Assembly (NCBI GenBank): GCA_963747235.1
Contig: CAVVEU010000029.1
Span: forward strand, 128,001 to 192,000
Reading direction: 5' to 3'
DNA length: 64,000 nucleotides
DNA from: an uncultured Candidatus Rokubacteria bacterium
GTDB lineage: Bacteria > Methylomirabilota > Methylomirabilia > Rokubacteriales > CSP1-6
Under the pieces are notes generated by a model. The model worked only from the letters and a program-made list of their open reading frames with translations. It had not been told where the DNA came from and did no database searches. Both the position numbers and the translations under genes were made by a program. How positions within the stretch are numbered: the stretch's first letter is position 1; each line of letters starts with the position of its first letter. This document shows positions 1 through 11,321 of this stretch, in pieces.

Positions 1-909
1 GCCCGGCTGAGCTTCGCGCTGCACGCGGAGCTGGCGCGCGAGATCCCCACCGACTACGGCTATCGCCGGATGGACACCTACATGCTGGCCGCGCGGGAGA
101 AGGGCGCGGTGGCGGGCGGGCACCGGATTCCCGCGCCGCGCTGGATCGATGGCCCCGCCGTCGTGGCGGGCGCGCTCGGCTCGACCGAGACGACGGCCCA
201 GGTCCACCCCGCGCGCTTCACCACCGCGCTGATCGACGCGGCCCGTGAGCGCGGGGCCGAGCTCCGCAAGGGCGTCGTCCAGGCCGTGACCACGCGCGGC
301 CGCGCGGTGAGCGGCGTCACGGTGGACGGCGAGACGCTCGAGGCCGACGCGGTCGTCCTCGCGATGGGCCCGTGGACGGGGCGCGTGAAGGGCCTCGCCC
401 TGCCGGCGATCCACGGGCTCAAGGGCTACAGCGTGACGCTCACCGCCGCCGACGTGCCCGCGCACGCGCTCTTCATGGACTACCGCCTGGCCGACGGCCG
501 CGCGCTCGAGCCCGAGATCATCCCGCGCCCCGACGGCACCGTCTACGTGTGCGGGATGGCCGATCGCCAGCCGCTGCCGGAGTCCGCGGAGGGCGTGGAG
601 GTGAGCGACGCCGGCTGCGCCACGCTGGCCCGCGCGGCCGGGCGAGTGTCCGCCGCGCTGGCCGCCGCGCCCATCGAGCGCCGCCAGGCCTGCTACCGCC
701 CGATCGCGGAGGACGGCATCCCGCTGATCGGCCGCGTCGGCGGCGCGGCGGGCGCGTACGTGGCGACCGGCCACGGGCCGTGGGGCATGCTGAACGCGCC
801 CGGCACCGGCCTGGCGCTGGCCGAGCTCATCACGGACGGCCGCGCCACGTCGCTCGATCTCGAGGCCTTCGACCCCGCCCGGCTGCCCGCCGGGCCGGTG
901 TACCATTAG
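1..909 (+). CDS. FAD-dependent oxidoreductase, DAO/glycine-oxidase family (5' end outside window)
   Basis: Frame is open from base 1 (ARLSFALHAELA...). Family motifs ADAVVLAMGPW, QACYRP and ATGHGPWG..NAPGTG. Confidence 0.85.
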   Translation, partial: ARLSFALHAELAREIPTDYGYRRMDTYMLAAREKGAVAGGHRIPAPRWIDGPAVVAGALGSTETTAQVHPARFTTALIDAARERGAELRKGVVQAVTTRGRAVSGVTVDGETLEADAVVLAMGPWTGRVKGLALPAIHGLKGYSVTLTAADVPAHALFMDYRLADGRALEPEIIPRPDGTVYVCGMADRQPLPESAEGVEVSDAGCATLARAAGRVSAALAAAPIERRQACYRPIAEDGIPLIGRVGGAAGAYVATGHGPWGMLNAPGTGLALAELITDGRATSLDLEAFDPARLPAGPVYH

Positions 910-936
910 CCGACCGAACGGACCGGAGGTGTCACG

Positions 937-2485
937 GTGAGACCTGTCCTCCTTCGTCGCGCGCTCATTGCCGTCATCGCCCTGCTCCTGATCCCCGCGC
1001 TCCGCGCGCCCGCCGCCGCGGCGCCCGAGGGCACGCTCACGTGGGGGCTCCACGTCACGCTGGCCACCAAGTGGCTCGACCCGAGCGACACCGAGGCGTT
1101 CATCAACCCGTTCATGGTGCTCTACGCCGTGCACGACGCGCTGGTGAAGCCGATGCCGGGCGGGGAGAACACCCCGAGCCTGGCCGAGTCCTGGACGGTC
1201 TCCAGGGACGGGCTCGTCTACGAGTTCGTCCTGCGCAAGACCGCGAAGTTCCACAACGGCGATCCGGTGACCGCGGACGACGTGAAGTTCTCCTTCGAGC
1301 GCTACAAGGGCGCCGCCGCCAAGCTGCTCAAGGACCGTGTGCGCGACGTCGAGATCGTGGACGCCGGGCGCGTGCGCTTCCACCTCCGGGAGGCGTGGCC
1401 GGACTTCATGACCTTCTACGGCACGTCCGCCACCGGCGCGGCGTGGATCGTGCCCACGCAAGTACGTGGAGAAGGTGGGCGACGACGGCTTCAAGAAGGC
1501 GCCGATCGGCGCGGGCCCGTACCGGGTGGTGAGCTTCAACCCGGGCATCGATCTGGTGATGGAAGCGTTCGAGGGCTACTGGCGAAAAGTCCCCTCGGTC
1601 AAGCGCCTCGTCTTCCGCAGCATGCCCGACGAGACCACGCGCGCCGCCGCGCTCAAGGCGGGCGACGTGGACATCGTCTATCTCCTGAGCGGTCCCAACG
1701 CCCAGGAGGTCAAGCGCACGCCGGGCCTGCGGCTCGCCGCCGCCATGCCGCCCGGCGTGATCTTCCTCGACCTGCCCGAGCAGTGGGATCCGAAGTCGCC
1801 GTGGCACGACCGGCGCGTCCGGCTGGCCGCGAGCCATGCCCTCGACCGCGACGGGCTCAACCAGGCGGAGACGCTCGGCCTCTCGCATCCCACCGGCGGC
1901 CTCATCCCGCGCGTCCTCGATTTCGCGCGGGCGTACCCGCCGCCCGCCTACGACCCCGCCCGGGCCAAGAAGCTTCTCGCCGAGGCCGGCTATCCCAACG
2001 GCTTCGACGCGGGCGACCTCACCCCGTTCCCGCCATTCTTCTCGCTGGCCGAGGCGATCGGCGGCTATCTCCAGGCCGTGGGCATCCGCACGCGCCTGCG
2101 CACCATGGAGCGCGCCGCCTTCCTCACCGCGTGGCGCGAGCACAAGATCCGGGGCGTGATCATGGGCCTGGGCGCGCCCGCGGGCAACGCGGCCACGCGC
2201 ATCGAGGTCTACGTGACCAAGAACGGCATCTATTCGTCGGGGGTGGTCCCGGAGATCGAGACGCTCTTCGAGCGGCAGGCCCGCGAGCTGGACCGCAAGA
2301 AGCGCGAGGGCATGCTCCATCAGATCCAGCAGATCATGCAGGACCGGGCGATGTACGTGCCCATTTACGAGCTCGCGTTCCTCTGGGGCATCGGCCCGCG
2401 GGTGGAGGAGGCGTGCGTGGACCACATCAAGGGCTTCTCGTACTCGGCGCCGTACGAGGATCTCCGGCTCAAGGCCCCGCGGTAA
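937..2485 (+). CDS. ABC transporter substrate-binding protein, family 5 (peptide/nickel type); one indel near 1458
   Basis: Signal peptide, SLAESW, KFHNGDPVTADDVKFS; continues in another frame as PIGAGPY...DRRVRLA. Confidence 0.88.
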
Positions 2486-2509
2486 CTCCGCTCCCACAGG
2501 AGAGACCCC

Positions 2510-3353
2510 ATGGATATCGTCGACTCGCAGGTGCATCTCTGGGCCGCGGAGAGCCCCAGCCGGCCGTGGCCGGCCGGGCGCGCGGCGGAAGCGCAGAAGC
2601 CGTACCAGATCCTCAAGGAGACGCTGCTCTTCCAGATGGATCTGGCCGGCGTGCGCCGGATGGTCCTGGTGCCGCCCTCGTGGGAAGGCGATCGCAACGA
2701 CATGGCGCTCGAGGCCGCGCGCAGCTACCCGGACCGGTTCGCGGTCATGGGACGCCTCGCGCTGCAAGATCCGGCGAGCCGCGCGCTCGTGGCCGACTGG
2801 CGGAAGCAGCCGGGCATGCTCGGCATGCGCTTCACCTTCCACAACGAGCACTACCGCCACCTGCTCACCGACGGCTCCGCCGACTGGCTCTGGGCCGCCG
2901 CCGAGAAGGCGGGCATCCCGCTTGATGGTCCTGGTGCCGGGCGCGCTCGATCACCTCGATCGCATCGCCACCCGGCATCCCGGCCTCAAGCTCGTGATCG
3001 ACCACGTGGGCATCAGCGTGCGCGGCAAGGCGCCCAAGGTCTTCGAGGAGCTGCCCGCGGTCTGCGCGCTGGCCAAGCACCCGAACGTGTCGGTGAAGGC
3101 CTCGGGCATGGTGTCGCTCTCGGCCCAGCCCTACCCGTTCCCGGACCTGCACGACGGCATCCGCCGGCTGGTGGACGCCTTCGGGCCCAGGCGCACGTTC
3201 TGGGGCACCGATCTCACCCGCATGCCGTGCACCTACTACGAGTGCATCACGCTCTTCACCCAGCACCTGCCGTGGCTCAAGGGCGAGGATCTGGACTACG
3301 TGATGGGACGCGGCGTCTGCGAGTGGCTCGGCTGGCCGCTCGCGCGCGCCTGA
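2510..3353 (+). CDS. Amidohydrolase family 2 protein; indel near 2922
   Basis: N-terminal DSQVH, then VIDH, NVSVKASG and FWGTD. AGGAG RBS upstream. Confidence 0.85.
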
Positions 3354-3366
3354 GGGCCCGCGCGCG

Positions 3367-4417
3367 ATGCGATTCGGCCTCTTCTTCCAGGCGTCGGAGC
3401 GGGCCGGCGAGAGCCACGCCCAGCGCTTCACCGAGATGCTCGAGCTGGCCACGCTCGCCGACTCGCTCGGCTTCGACGTGGCCTGGCTCGCCGAGATCCA
3501 CTTCGGCGCCGCCTTCTCGCTGCTCTCCACCCCGCTCATGGCGGTGCCCGCGATCGCCCAGCGCACGAAGCGCATCCGCGTCGGCACCGCGGTGACGCTG
3601 CTGCCGCTGCACCACCCGCTCGCCTGCGCGGAGCAGGCGGCCACCGCGGACATCCTCTCGGGCGGCCGCCTCGAGTTCGGGGTGGGCCGCGGCTCCATTC
3701 CCACCCAGTTCCACGGCTTCCGGGTGCCCGTCTCGGAGAATCGCGCGCGCTTCGCGGAGTGCCTCGACATCATCCGCCTGGCCTGGACGAAGGACCGCTT
3801 CAGCTACGACGGGACGTTCTACCAGATCGAGAACCTCTCGGTGGTGCCGAAGCCGCTCCAGCGCCCGCACCCGCCCATCCGGGTGGCCGTGCACACGCCG
3901 GAGAGCTTCGCCCACATCGCGGAGCTGGGCGTGCCCATCTACTCGGGCACGACGACCACCCCGCTGCCGCTGCTGCGCGAGTGCATGGCCGCGTACCGGG
4001 AGAAGCTCGCCGCGGCCGGGCACGCGTGGGGCCCCGAGCAGATGGCGCTGATGCAGCCGCTGCACATCGGGGCCACCTCCGCGGCGGCGCGCGACGCGAT
4101 GCGGCCGGGGGTGATGCAGTACTACAAGAACCTGGAGACGATCTTCTCGAGCCTGCCCGACTCCTACGCGCGATCACCTGCCCCGGCTCAAGTACATCCG
4201 GGAGACGATCGCCGATCTGCCCTACGAGAAGTTCTGCCGCGACCAGGCCGTGTTCGGCGACGCCGCGGAGGTGGTGGACCGGCTGCAGCGCGCGAAGGAA
4301 GAGTTCGGCCTCTCGCAGATCATCGGCTGGTTCGACCAGGGCGCGATGCTGCCGCGCGCCGAGGTCGAGCGCGCGATGCGCACCTTCGCCGAGCAGGTGA
4401 TGCCGAAGCTCGGCTAG
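3367..4417 (+). CDS. LLM-class flavin-dependent oxidoreductase; indel near 4172
   Basis: GFDVAWLAEIHF, RIRVGTAV, SGGRLEFGVGRG and PKPLQRPHPPI. The C-terminus FAEQVMPKLG* is in a shifted frame. Confidence 0.85.
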
Positions 4418-5679
4418 CCCGCGTAGATCTTCTTCATCTCGCCGGTCGCCCAGGCGACCGCGTCCTCCGCCTTCATGCCCTGGATGCTCTTGGCGAACAT
4501 GTCGACCAGGATGTACTTCGACAGCGCTTCCGTCGCCTTGCGCCCGGGAGGCCCGGCGAAGCCGACCTGTCGCGCGTACTGCAGGGTCTCGGGAAACACC
4601 GCCGTCTTCGGGTCCTTCTTCCACAGGGCGTGGTCGCGGTAGCTCTTGGTGCCGGGGATGCCGAACGTGTCCATGATCTCGAAGTACTTGTCGTACTGCG
4701 CGCGGTCCATGTACCAGCGCACGAAGTCCTTCGCGACCTTCTGGTTCTTCGAGTACTTCATCACGCAGGAGTTGTAGCAGGGCAGGAAGTAGAAGCGGCC
4801 CGCGGGGCCGGGCGGATAGTGGCCGTGGTTCGTGCCCTTGTAGACGTCGGGGAACTTGGCCCGCGCCGCGATGTAGATCGACGGCGCATTGCCGGTGAGC
4901 GAGATCTCCGAGGAGAGAAACGCGCGGTTGTTGTTGCTGTCGTCCCACGCGAGCCCGCCCTCGTCGAAGCAGTCCTTCCACGCCGCCAGCGTGAACTTCA
5001 CGGCCTCGACCGTGTTCTTGCTGTTCAGCACGACCGTCTGGCCGTCCTTCCCGACTTCCATCCCGCCCCACATCCAGACGATCGGGTACGCCCAGGCGTT
5101 GGGATCGTTGAGGCTGTGCCCGAACGCCTGGCCGAACGGCCGGCCCTTCGCCTTCATGGCGCGGCCCACCTTGCGGAAGTCGTCCCAGGTCTTCGGATAC
5201 TCGAGGCCCGCTTCCTTGAACCAGTCTTCCCGGTAGTTGACCGCCCACGAGATGATGAAGTACGGAACGCCGACCCAGCGCCCGCCACTCGTCAGGCAGT
5301 TGCTCTTGGGGAGGTCGTACCACCCACCCTGCTGGCCGCCGATCGCCTCGGCGACGTCGGTCATGTCGACGAGGCTGTTCTCGTAGAGGAGCGGATGATT
5401 GTTCGCGATGGTCACGATGTCGGCGCCGCTCCCGCTCTGGATCGCGGCGGTGACGCGGGCCTGGATGTCGTTCTGATTGATGCGCTCGGCGACGACCTCG
5501 ACGCCCGCCTGCTTGCCGAACTCCTTCGCCTGCTGGTCGAAGAGCTGATCCGCCGCGGGGACGAAGTGCGCCCACTGGAGGACGTGGAGCCGCGTGCCCT
5601 GCGCGAAGGCGGGCGGGTGATGCGCGGCGAGCATGGTGGAGAGGGCGGCGCTGCCGGCGATGAAGCGTCGACGGTTCAT
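4414..5679 (-). CDS. Extracellular solute-binding protein, family 1 (carbohydrate type), Tat-exported
   Basis: MNRRRFI Tat signal with AFA cleavage site; PKTWDDF and WDDSNNNRAF; GGAGG RBS. Confidence 0.88.
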   Translation of the reverse strand: MNRRRFIAGSAALSTMLAAHHPPAFAQGTRLHVLQWAHFVPAADQLFDQQAKEFGKQAGVEVVAERINQNDIQARVTAAIQSGSGADIVTIANNHPLLYENSLVDMTDVAEAIGGQQGGWYDLPKSNCLTSGGRWVGVPYFIISWAVNYREDWFKEAGLEYPKTWDDFRKVGRAMKAKGRPFGQAFGHSLNDPNAWAYPIVWMWGGMEVGKDGQTVVLNSKNTVEAVKFTLAAWKDCFDEGGLAWDDSNNNRAFLSSEISLTGNAPSIYIAARAKFPDVYKGTNHGHYPPGPAGRFYFLPCYNSCVMKYSKNQKVAKDFVRWYMDRAQYDKYFEIMDTFGIPGTKSYRDHALWKKDPKTAVFPETLQYARQVGFAGPPGRKATEALSKYILVDMFAKSIQGMKAEDAVAWATGEMKKIYAG

Positions 5680-5695
5680 GGCGGATCCTCCGGTC

Positions 5696-6403
5696 TCAGG
5701 TGTCCAGAAGGGCGAGCACCTCGTCGGCTCTCCGCACCCGGCCGAACGGACCCTGGAACGAGAGCAGGGTGGCCTCGTGGATCTCGGGTGAGAAGGCGGC
5801 GCACCCGTCGTCGAGCAGCACCACCTCGTAGCCGCGATCGGCGGCGTCGCGCGCGGTGGTCTCCACGCAGACGTTCGTCACGACGCCGCCCACGATCAGG
5901 GACGTGATGCCCATCGAGCGCAGGGCGTGATCGAGCCCCGTCGAGTTGAACGTGCCGTAGGTCGTCTTGTTCACCACGAGCTCGTCCGGCCGCGGCTCGA
6001 GGCTCGCGACGATGCGAGCCCAGGCGTCGCCGCGCGGGGGGATGGCGGCGTCACCGACCGCCGCCCGGTTGGCCGCGTTCCGTTGCTGGAAGATCGGCAT
6101 CAGGTCGCGGCCATCGGGCAGCTCCGAGGCCACGGTGGTGTAGACGACGCGTAGCCCATGGGCCCGGAAGAAGTCGAGCAGCCGACGGAGCGACGGCTCG
6201 ACGACGCCCCGACCGCGCTCCTGGAAGTGGCTCATCACGCCCGGAACGATGGCCTCGCAGGCCCGCGAGAACGGCGAGGCCGGGTTCACGAAGTACTCCT
6301 GCATGTCGATGATCACGAGCGCGGTGGTGCGGGGATCGAGCGCCAGGGGCCCCGCATTGCGGTGGCGCTGAAGGGCCGTGTACTTATCGTGCGCGGTGCT
6401 CAC
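5696..6403 (-). CDS. Isochorismatase-family cysteine hydrolase
   Basis: TALVIIDMQ, the catalytic Lys in VVNK, and GVVTNVCVETTARDA. Confidence 0.9.
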   Translation of the reverse strand: MSTAHDKYTALQRHRNAGPLALDPRTTALVIIDMQEYFVNPASPFSRACEAIVPGVMSHFQERGRGVVEPSLRRLLDFFRAHGLRVVYTTVASELPDGRDLMPIFQQRNAANRAAVGDAAIPPRGDAWARIVASLEPRPDELVVNKTTYGTFNSTGLDHALRSMGITSLIVGGVVTNVCVETTARDAADRGYEVVLLDDGCAAFSPEIHEATLLSFQGPFGRVRRADEVLALLDT

Positions 6404-6481
6404 TATCCTGTCCCCCGTGCCCGGGATACTGCTCCCGGCCCCGGCGACGTGTCAAGAAGAGGAGTACAGTGGGGAGCCAGG

Positions 6482-7745
6482 ATGGACACCCCAGCGCAGA
6501 TCGCTCCTGACAGCTCCAAGCTCGCGGTGGTGATGGTCGGCCTGCCCGGCCCGCGGGAAGAGCTACACCGCGCGCCGCATCGAGCGCTACCTCTCGTGGC
6601 TCGGCTACCGCACCGGCGTCTTCAACGTCGGCGAGTACCGGCGCGCGCGCGTCGGCGCCCAGATGCCGCACAGCTTCTTCGATCCCGACAACGCGCCGGG
6701 CGAGGAGGCGCGCCGGGCGGCCGCGATGGCGGCGCTCGACGACATGGTGGCGTGGCTCACCGACGACGGGCAGGTCGCGATCTACGACGCCACCAACACC
6801 ACGCGCGCGCGCCGCGCGATGGTGCGCGCGCGCTGCGAGCAGGCCGGCTTCCAGGTGCTGTTCATCGAGATCCGTTGTGATGACCCGCACTTCATCGAGG
6901 CCAACATCCGCGACACCAAGCTGTCGTCGCCCGATTACGAGGGCACCGATCCCGACGCGGCGGTGACCGACTTCCGGGCCCGCATCGCGCACTACGAGCG
7001 CGTGTACCAGCCGCTCGACGACGACGAAGGCGCGTACCTGCGCGTCACCGGCTCCGGACGCGACGTCACCGTGAGCAACGTCAACGGCTACCTGGCCGCG
7101 CGCCTCGTGTTCTTCCTGATGAACCTGCACCTGACCGCGCGGCCGATCTGGCTCACCCGCCACGGCGAGAGCGTGTTCAATGTCGCCGGGGTGCTCGGCG
7201 GCGATCCCGACCTGACCCCCGCCGGCCACCGCTACGCCCGATCACTCGCCGAGTTCCTCGACCGGCGCGACCCGGATCGCGACGGCGTGGTGGTCTGGAC
7301 GAGCTCGCTCCGGCGCGCGGTACAGACCGCGGCGCCGCTCGATCGCACGCGGTGGCCGTGGCGCGCGCTCGACGAGATCGACGGCGGCGTCTGCGACAGC
7401 ATGAGCCACGCCCAGATCCAGGAGCGCCTGCCCGAGGAGTACGCGGCGCGCAAGCGCGACAAGTTCACCTATCGCTATCCACGCGGCGAGTCGTACCAGG
7501 ACGTGATCCTGCGCCTCGACCCGGTGGTCATCGAGCTCGAGCGCACGCGCAAGCCGGTGCTGGTCATCGCCCACAACGCGGTGCTCCGCGCGCTCTACGC
7601 GTACTTCCAGGGCCTGCCGCGCGAGCGCTGCCCGTACCTGCCCATTCCGCTGCACACCGTGATCGAGCTGACGCCGCACGCGTACGGCTGCCACGAGACG
7701 CAGATTCCGCTCGAGCCGCGGCTCGACTCGCGCGACGCGCGGTAG
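6482..7745 (+). CDS. Bifunctional 6-phosphofructo-2-kinase/fructose-2,6-bisphosphatase (PFKFB-like); indel near 6545
   Basis: Removing one base gives VMVGLPARGKSY (P-loop), FNVGEYRR and DATN. The C-terminal domain has RHGES, YPRGESYQD, VIAH and PLHTVIELTPHAYGC. Confidence 0.9.
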
Positions 7746-7961
7746 CCCGACCGGCCCGCAGGTTCGGGCACGGCACACGGCCGGATCGGGCAGAAAGTCG
7801 CCCGAGCGGCAGCCACTCCTTCCGAAAGGTCCGTCATGTCGAGATAGTGGGCGGTGGCATGCCCCTTGCCCCAAGGCTCAGAGACGCCCGGCGCGGCCCC
7901 CAAGCGTCGGGCCGGGCGTTCGCCCCTCGTCCAACGGACCACGACTTGGAGGAACGCGATC

Positions 7962-8951
7962 ATGGGCGCGACGAGACGCAGACTGAGCTGGTGGTGGAGC
8001 ATCCTGGCCCTGCCCGGCATCCTGTGGCTTCCGGCGGTCGCCGGAAGCGCGGCGCGGGAGGTGGCCGGCATCATCACCGAGATCCACCCCGGGCGCGGGC
8101 AGGTCGAGGTCAGGTCGGCTGAAGGCGACCGCCGGCGCGCCGCGACACCTCTCCTTGCCCTGAGGAGCGGTGACGAGGTGAGCACGACCGAGGATGCGTG
8201 GGTGATCATCGTGCTGTCCGGCGGGCGTGGAAGCGCGAGAGTCGACGAGGCCCATTCCCCGTTCACGGTTCCCGCCCCGCCGGTCGGGCGCAGCCTGCTT
8301 CACAAGGGACTGCGGGTCCTCGAAGCGAGCTTCGACTTCCTGGGGACGACGACCCCGAGCGATCCGACGTTCGGGCCCCTGGGCACTCGATCAGGGGCGA
8401 AGCCGCCCGTGATCTTGACCCCTCACAATGGCCTCGTGCTCCCCGATTCCCTGACCTTCGAGTGGCGCGGGAGCCCGTCTTCGGCGTACCGCATTCGCAT
8501 CAGCGGGCCCGATGGCCTGGTGTTCGAGCGCACGAATCTCGCCGCGACCCGATTCCAGTACCCTCGGAACGCGCCACCACTCACCGCGGGCGTCCGATAC
8601 GGGTTCCAGCTCCTCCCGCCCTGGGGCCCGCCCCAGGACGTGTGGTTCGAGCTGGTCGACCCGGACCGCGCCCAGACGATCCTCCATGAGCTGCACGACC
8701 TGGAAGATGCGTTCGCCCCTGCCCTGTCACCCGCTTCTCTGGTGACGCTCCGGGCCGGGTTTCTGGCGGGCAACGGTCTGCTGCACGATGCCCGTCGGAC
8801 CCTCATGGAGGAGCTTGCCCGGCAGCCCGATGAGCCCACCCTGCACTTCCTCCTGGGCAACCTCTATGCGCGGCAGGGTCTTCGCTCGGAGGCAATGGAG
8901 TCATTCGCGGAGTCGAGATTTCTCATGAGTGCTGTTGCCAACCCCCGGTAG
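7962..8951 (+). CDS. Secreted hypothetical protein (beta-rich N-terminus, DUF928-like middle, C-terminal TPR-like helix pair)
   Basis: GGAGG RBS before ATG 7962 and a hydrophobic signal. Contains LTFEW...PPLTAGVRY and HFLLGNLYARQG. Domain names are inference. Confidence 0.6.
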   Translation: MGATRRRLSWWWSILALPGILWLPAVAGSAAREVAGIITEIHPGRGQVEVRSAEGDRRRAATPLLALRSGDEVSTTEDAWVIIVLSGGRGSARVDEAHSPFTVPAPPVGRSLLHKGLRVLEASFDFLGTTTPSDPTFGPLGTRSGAKPPVILTPHNGLVLPDSLTFEWRGSPSSAYRIRISGPDGLVFERTNLAATRFQYPRNAPPLTAGVRYGFQLLPPWGPPQDVWFELVDPDRAQTILHELHDLEDAFAPALSPASLVTLRAGFLAGNGLLHDARRTLMEELARQPDEPTLHFLLGNLYARQGLRSEAMESFAESRFLMSAVANPR

Positions 8952-8962
8952 CGCGGCCGGGT

Positions 8963-10103
8963 CTACCGGCTGCCCGGCGTGACGCGGAGGAGGCGGCCGT
9001 TGGGGCTGTCGTCGGTCAGGAGATAGATGGCGCCGTCCGGGCCCTCGCGCACGTCGCGGATGCGCTCGCGGAGCTCCGCCAGGTAGCGCTCCTCCCGCAC
9101 CACGCGGCCGTTCGCGAGCCGCAGCCGCACGAGCCCGCCCGGGGTGAGCGAGCCGACCAGGAGGTCGCCCTTCCAGTCCGCGAACGCGCGGCCCGAGTAG
9201 AAGGTCGCGCCGGACGGCGCGATGACCGGATCCCAGTAGTAGACGGGCTGCTCCATGCCCGGCTTCGCGGTGCCGATCCCGATGCGCGCGCCCGAGTAGT
9301 CCACCCCGTAGGTGATGACCGGCCAGCCGTAGTTCTTGCCCGGCTGCGGGTTGTTGAGCTCGTCGCCGCCGCGCGCGCCGTGCTCCACCGTCCACAGCTC
9401 GCCGCGGGCGTCGAGCGCCGCCGCCTGGACATTGCGATGGCCGTAGGACCAGATCTCCGGCAGCGCGCCGGCGCGACCGACGAACGGATTGTCGCGTGGC
9501 ACCGAGCCGTCCGCGTTGATGCGCACGACCTTGCCGAGCGTCGTCGAGAGATCCTGCGCGCGGTCGCGATGGCCGATAGCGGTCGCCGATCGTGACGAAG
9601 AGCGTGCCGTCCGCGCGGAAGACGAGGCGCGAGCCCCAGTGATTGGGCCCGTCCACCTTCGGCTGCTGGCGCCAGATCACCTGGGTGCCCTCGAGGCCGC
9701 GCTCGCCGAGCCGCCCGCGCGCCACCGCGGTGCCCGCGCCGCCCGGGCCCGGCTCCGAGAACGAGAGGTAGACGAGCTTGTCCTGCGCGAAGCCGGGGCT
9801 GAGCGCCACGTCGAGCAGACCGCCCTGCCCGCGCGCATACACCTCGGGCACGCCGATCAGGGGCGCCGAGAGGCGCCCATCACGGTCGACGATACGCAGG
9901 CGCCCCGGCCGCTCGGTCACGAGGAAGCGCCCGTCGGGCAGCAGCGCCACGCCCCAGGGATGCTCGAGCCCGCGCGCGACGTCGGTGACGGTCGCGGCCA
10001 GCTTGACCGCGGCGGGCGTCGGCGAGCGCGGCGCCTCCTGCGCGAGCGCGGGCAGGACGAGGAGGGCGAGCGCCGGCAGGACGGCCGCGACGCGCCCCGG
10101 CAC
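8963..10103 (-). CDS. PQQ-dependent sugar dehydrogenase (YliI/GdhB family); indel near 9575
   Basis: [41 protein letters not shown] and NYGWP. Confidence 0.9.
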
Positions 10104-11299
10104 TAGAAGCTGACCGGCAGCGCCTGCAACCCGCGTAGCGTCAGGCTCTGGCGGAACTGGGGCTGGTCGGTGGCCAGGGCCAGCTTCGGCAGCCGCGCGA
10201 GCAGCGTGTTGATCGCGATCTGCCCCTCCATGCGCGCGAGCGGCGCGCCGAGGCAGAAGTGGATGCCCATGCCGAACGCGATGTGCCGGTTGTCGGCGCG
10301 CGTGATGTCGAGGCGATCCGGATCGGGGAACTGGGCGGGGTCGCGGTCGGCCGCGCCCAGGAACGGCATCACCATCTCGCCCTTGGGGATGGTCCGGCCG
10401 CCGATCGTGAGGTCCTCGCTCGGGATGCGCGCGGTGCGCTGCACGGGCCCGTCGAAGCGCAGCAGCTCCTCGACCGCGGTGACGATGAGGCCGGGGTTCT
10501 CGCGCAGCTTCTGGAGCTGGTCGGGATGGCGCAGCAGCGCCAGCGTGCCGTTGCCGATCAGGTTCACGGTGGTCTCGTGGCCGGCCACCAGCAGCAGGAT
10601 GCAGGTGGCGAGCAGCTCTTCCTCGTTGAGCTTGTCGCCGGCCTCCTCCGCCGCGATGAGGGCGGAGAGCATGTCGTCGCGCGGAGCTGCCCGCCGCTCC
10701 GCGATCAGCTCGCGGAAATACTCGGCGAGGGCCCGCCGGCCGGCGACGCTGCGCTGGCCCACCTCCGAATCGGCCGGCAGCATGATCGCGTCGAGCCCAC
10801 GGGCGATGTCGAGGCCCCAGGCCTTGAAGCGCTCGTGGTCTCGCACCGGAACGCCCAGCATCTCGCAGATGACGCGCACCGGGAGCGGATACGCGAACTC
10901 CTCGATCAGGTCCATCTGGCCCGCCCCGGCGGCATCGGCCAGCAGCTCATCCACGATCGTCTGGATGTGGGGGCGCAGGCTCTCGAGCGCCTTCGGCGTG
11001 AAGGCCTTGCTGACCAGGCCGCGCAGGCGCGTATGGTCCGGCGGGTCGCGGTCCAGCATGGAGAGCCCCAGGCCCGGCGGCGGGACCGCCATGCCGAAGC
11101 GCGCGGCCACGAAGGCGGCGATGGGCTCCTTGGTGAGGCGCGGGTCGCGCAGCATGGTCATCACGTCCGGGTAGCGCGTCAGCACCCAGAACCCGAGCGG
11201 GCTGTGGTGGACGGGATCCTCGGCCCGCAGGCGATGGTAGGTCGGGTACGGGTCCGCCACGAACGCGGGATCCATCGGGTTGAACTGGACGTCGGCCAT
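10103..11299 (-). CDS. Cytochrome P450
   Basis: AGHETT I-helix, EELLR (ExxR) and the FGMGIHFCLG heme motif. Confidence 0.95.
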   Translation of the reverse strand: MADVQFNPMDPAFVADPYPTYHRLRAEDPVHHSPLGFWVLTRYPDVMTMLRDPRLTKEPIAAFVAARFGMAVPPPGLGLSMLDRDPPDHTRLRGLVSKAFTPKALESLRPHIQTIVDELLADAAGAGQMDLIEEFAYPLPVRVICEMLGVPVRDHERFKAWGLDIARGLDAIMLPADSEVGQRSVAGRRALAEYFRELIAERRAAPRDDMLSALIAAEEAGDKLNEEELLATCILLLVAGHETTVNLIGNGTLALLRHPDQLQKLRENPGLIVTAVEELLRFDGPVQRTARIPSEDLTIGGRTIPKGEMVMPFLGAADRDPAQFPDPDRLDITRADNRHIAFGMGIHFCLGAPLARMEGQIAINTLLARLPKLALATDQPQFRQSLTLRGLQALPVSF

Positions 11300-11321
11300 T
11301 GAGCGCTTCCCTCCCGCGCCC

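Noticed and set aside
6426-6455. TTGACA on the minus strand upstream of the isochorismatase gene (similar case at 24799)
   Set aside because: No convincing -10 at 16-18 nt spacing.
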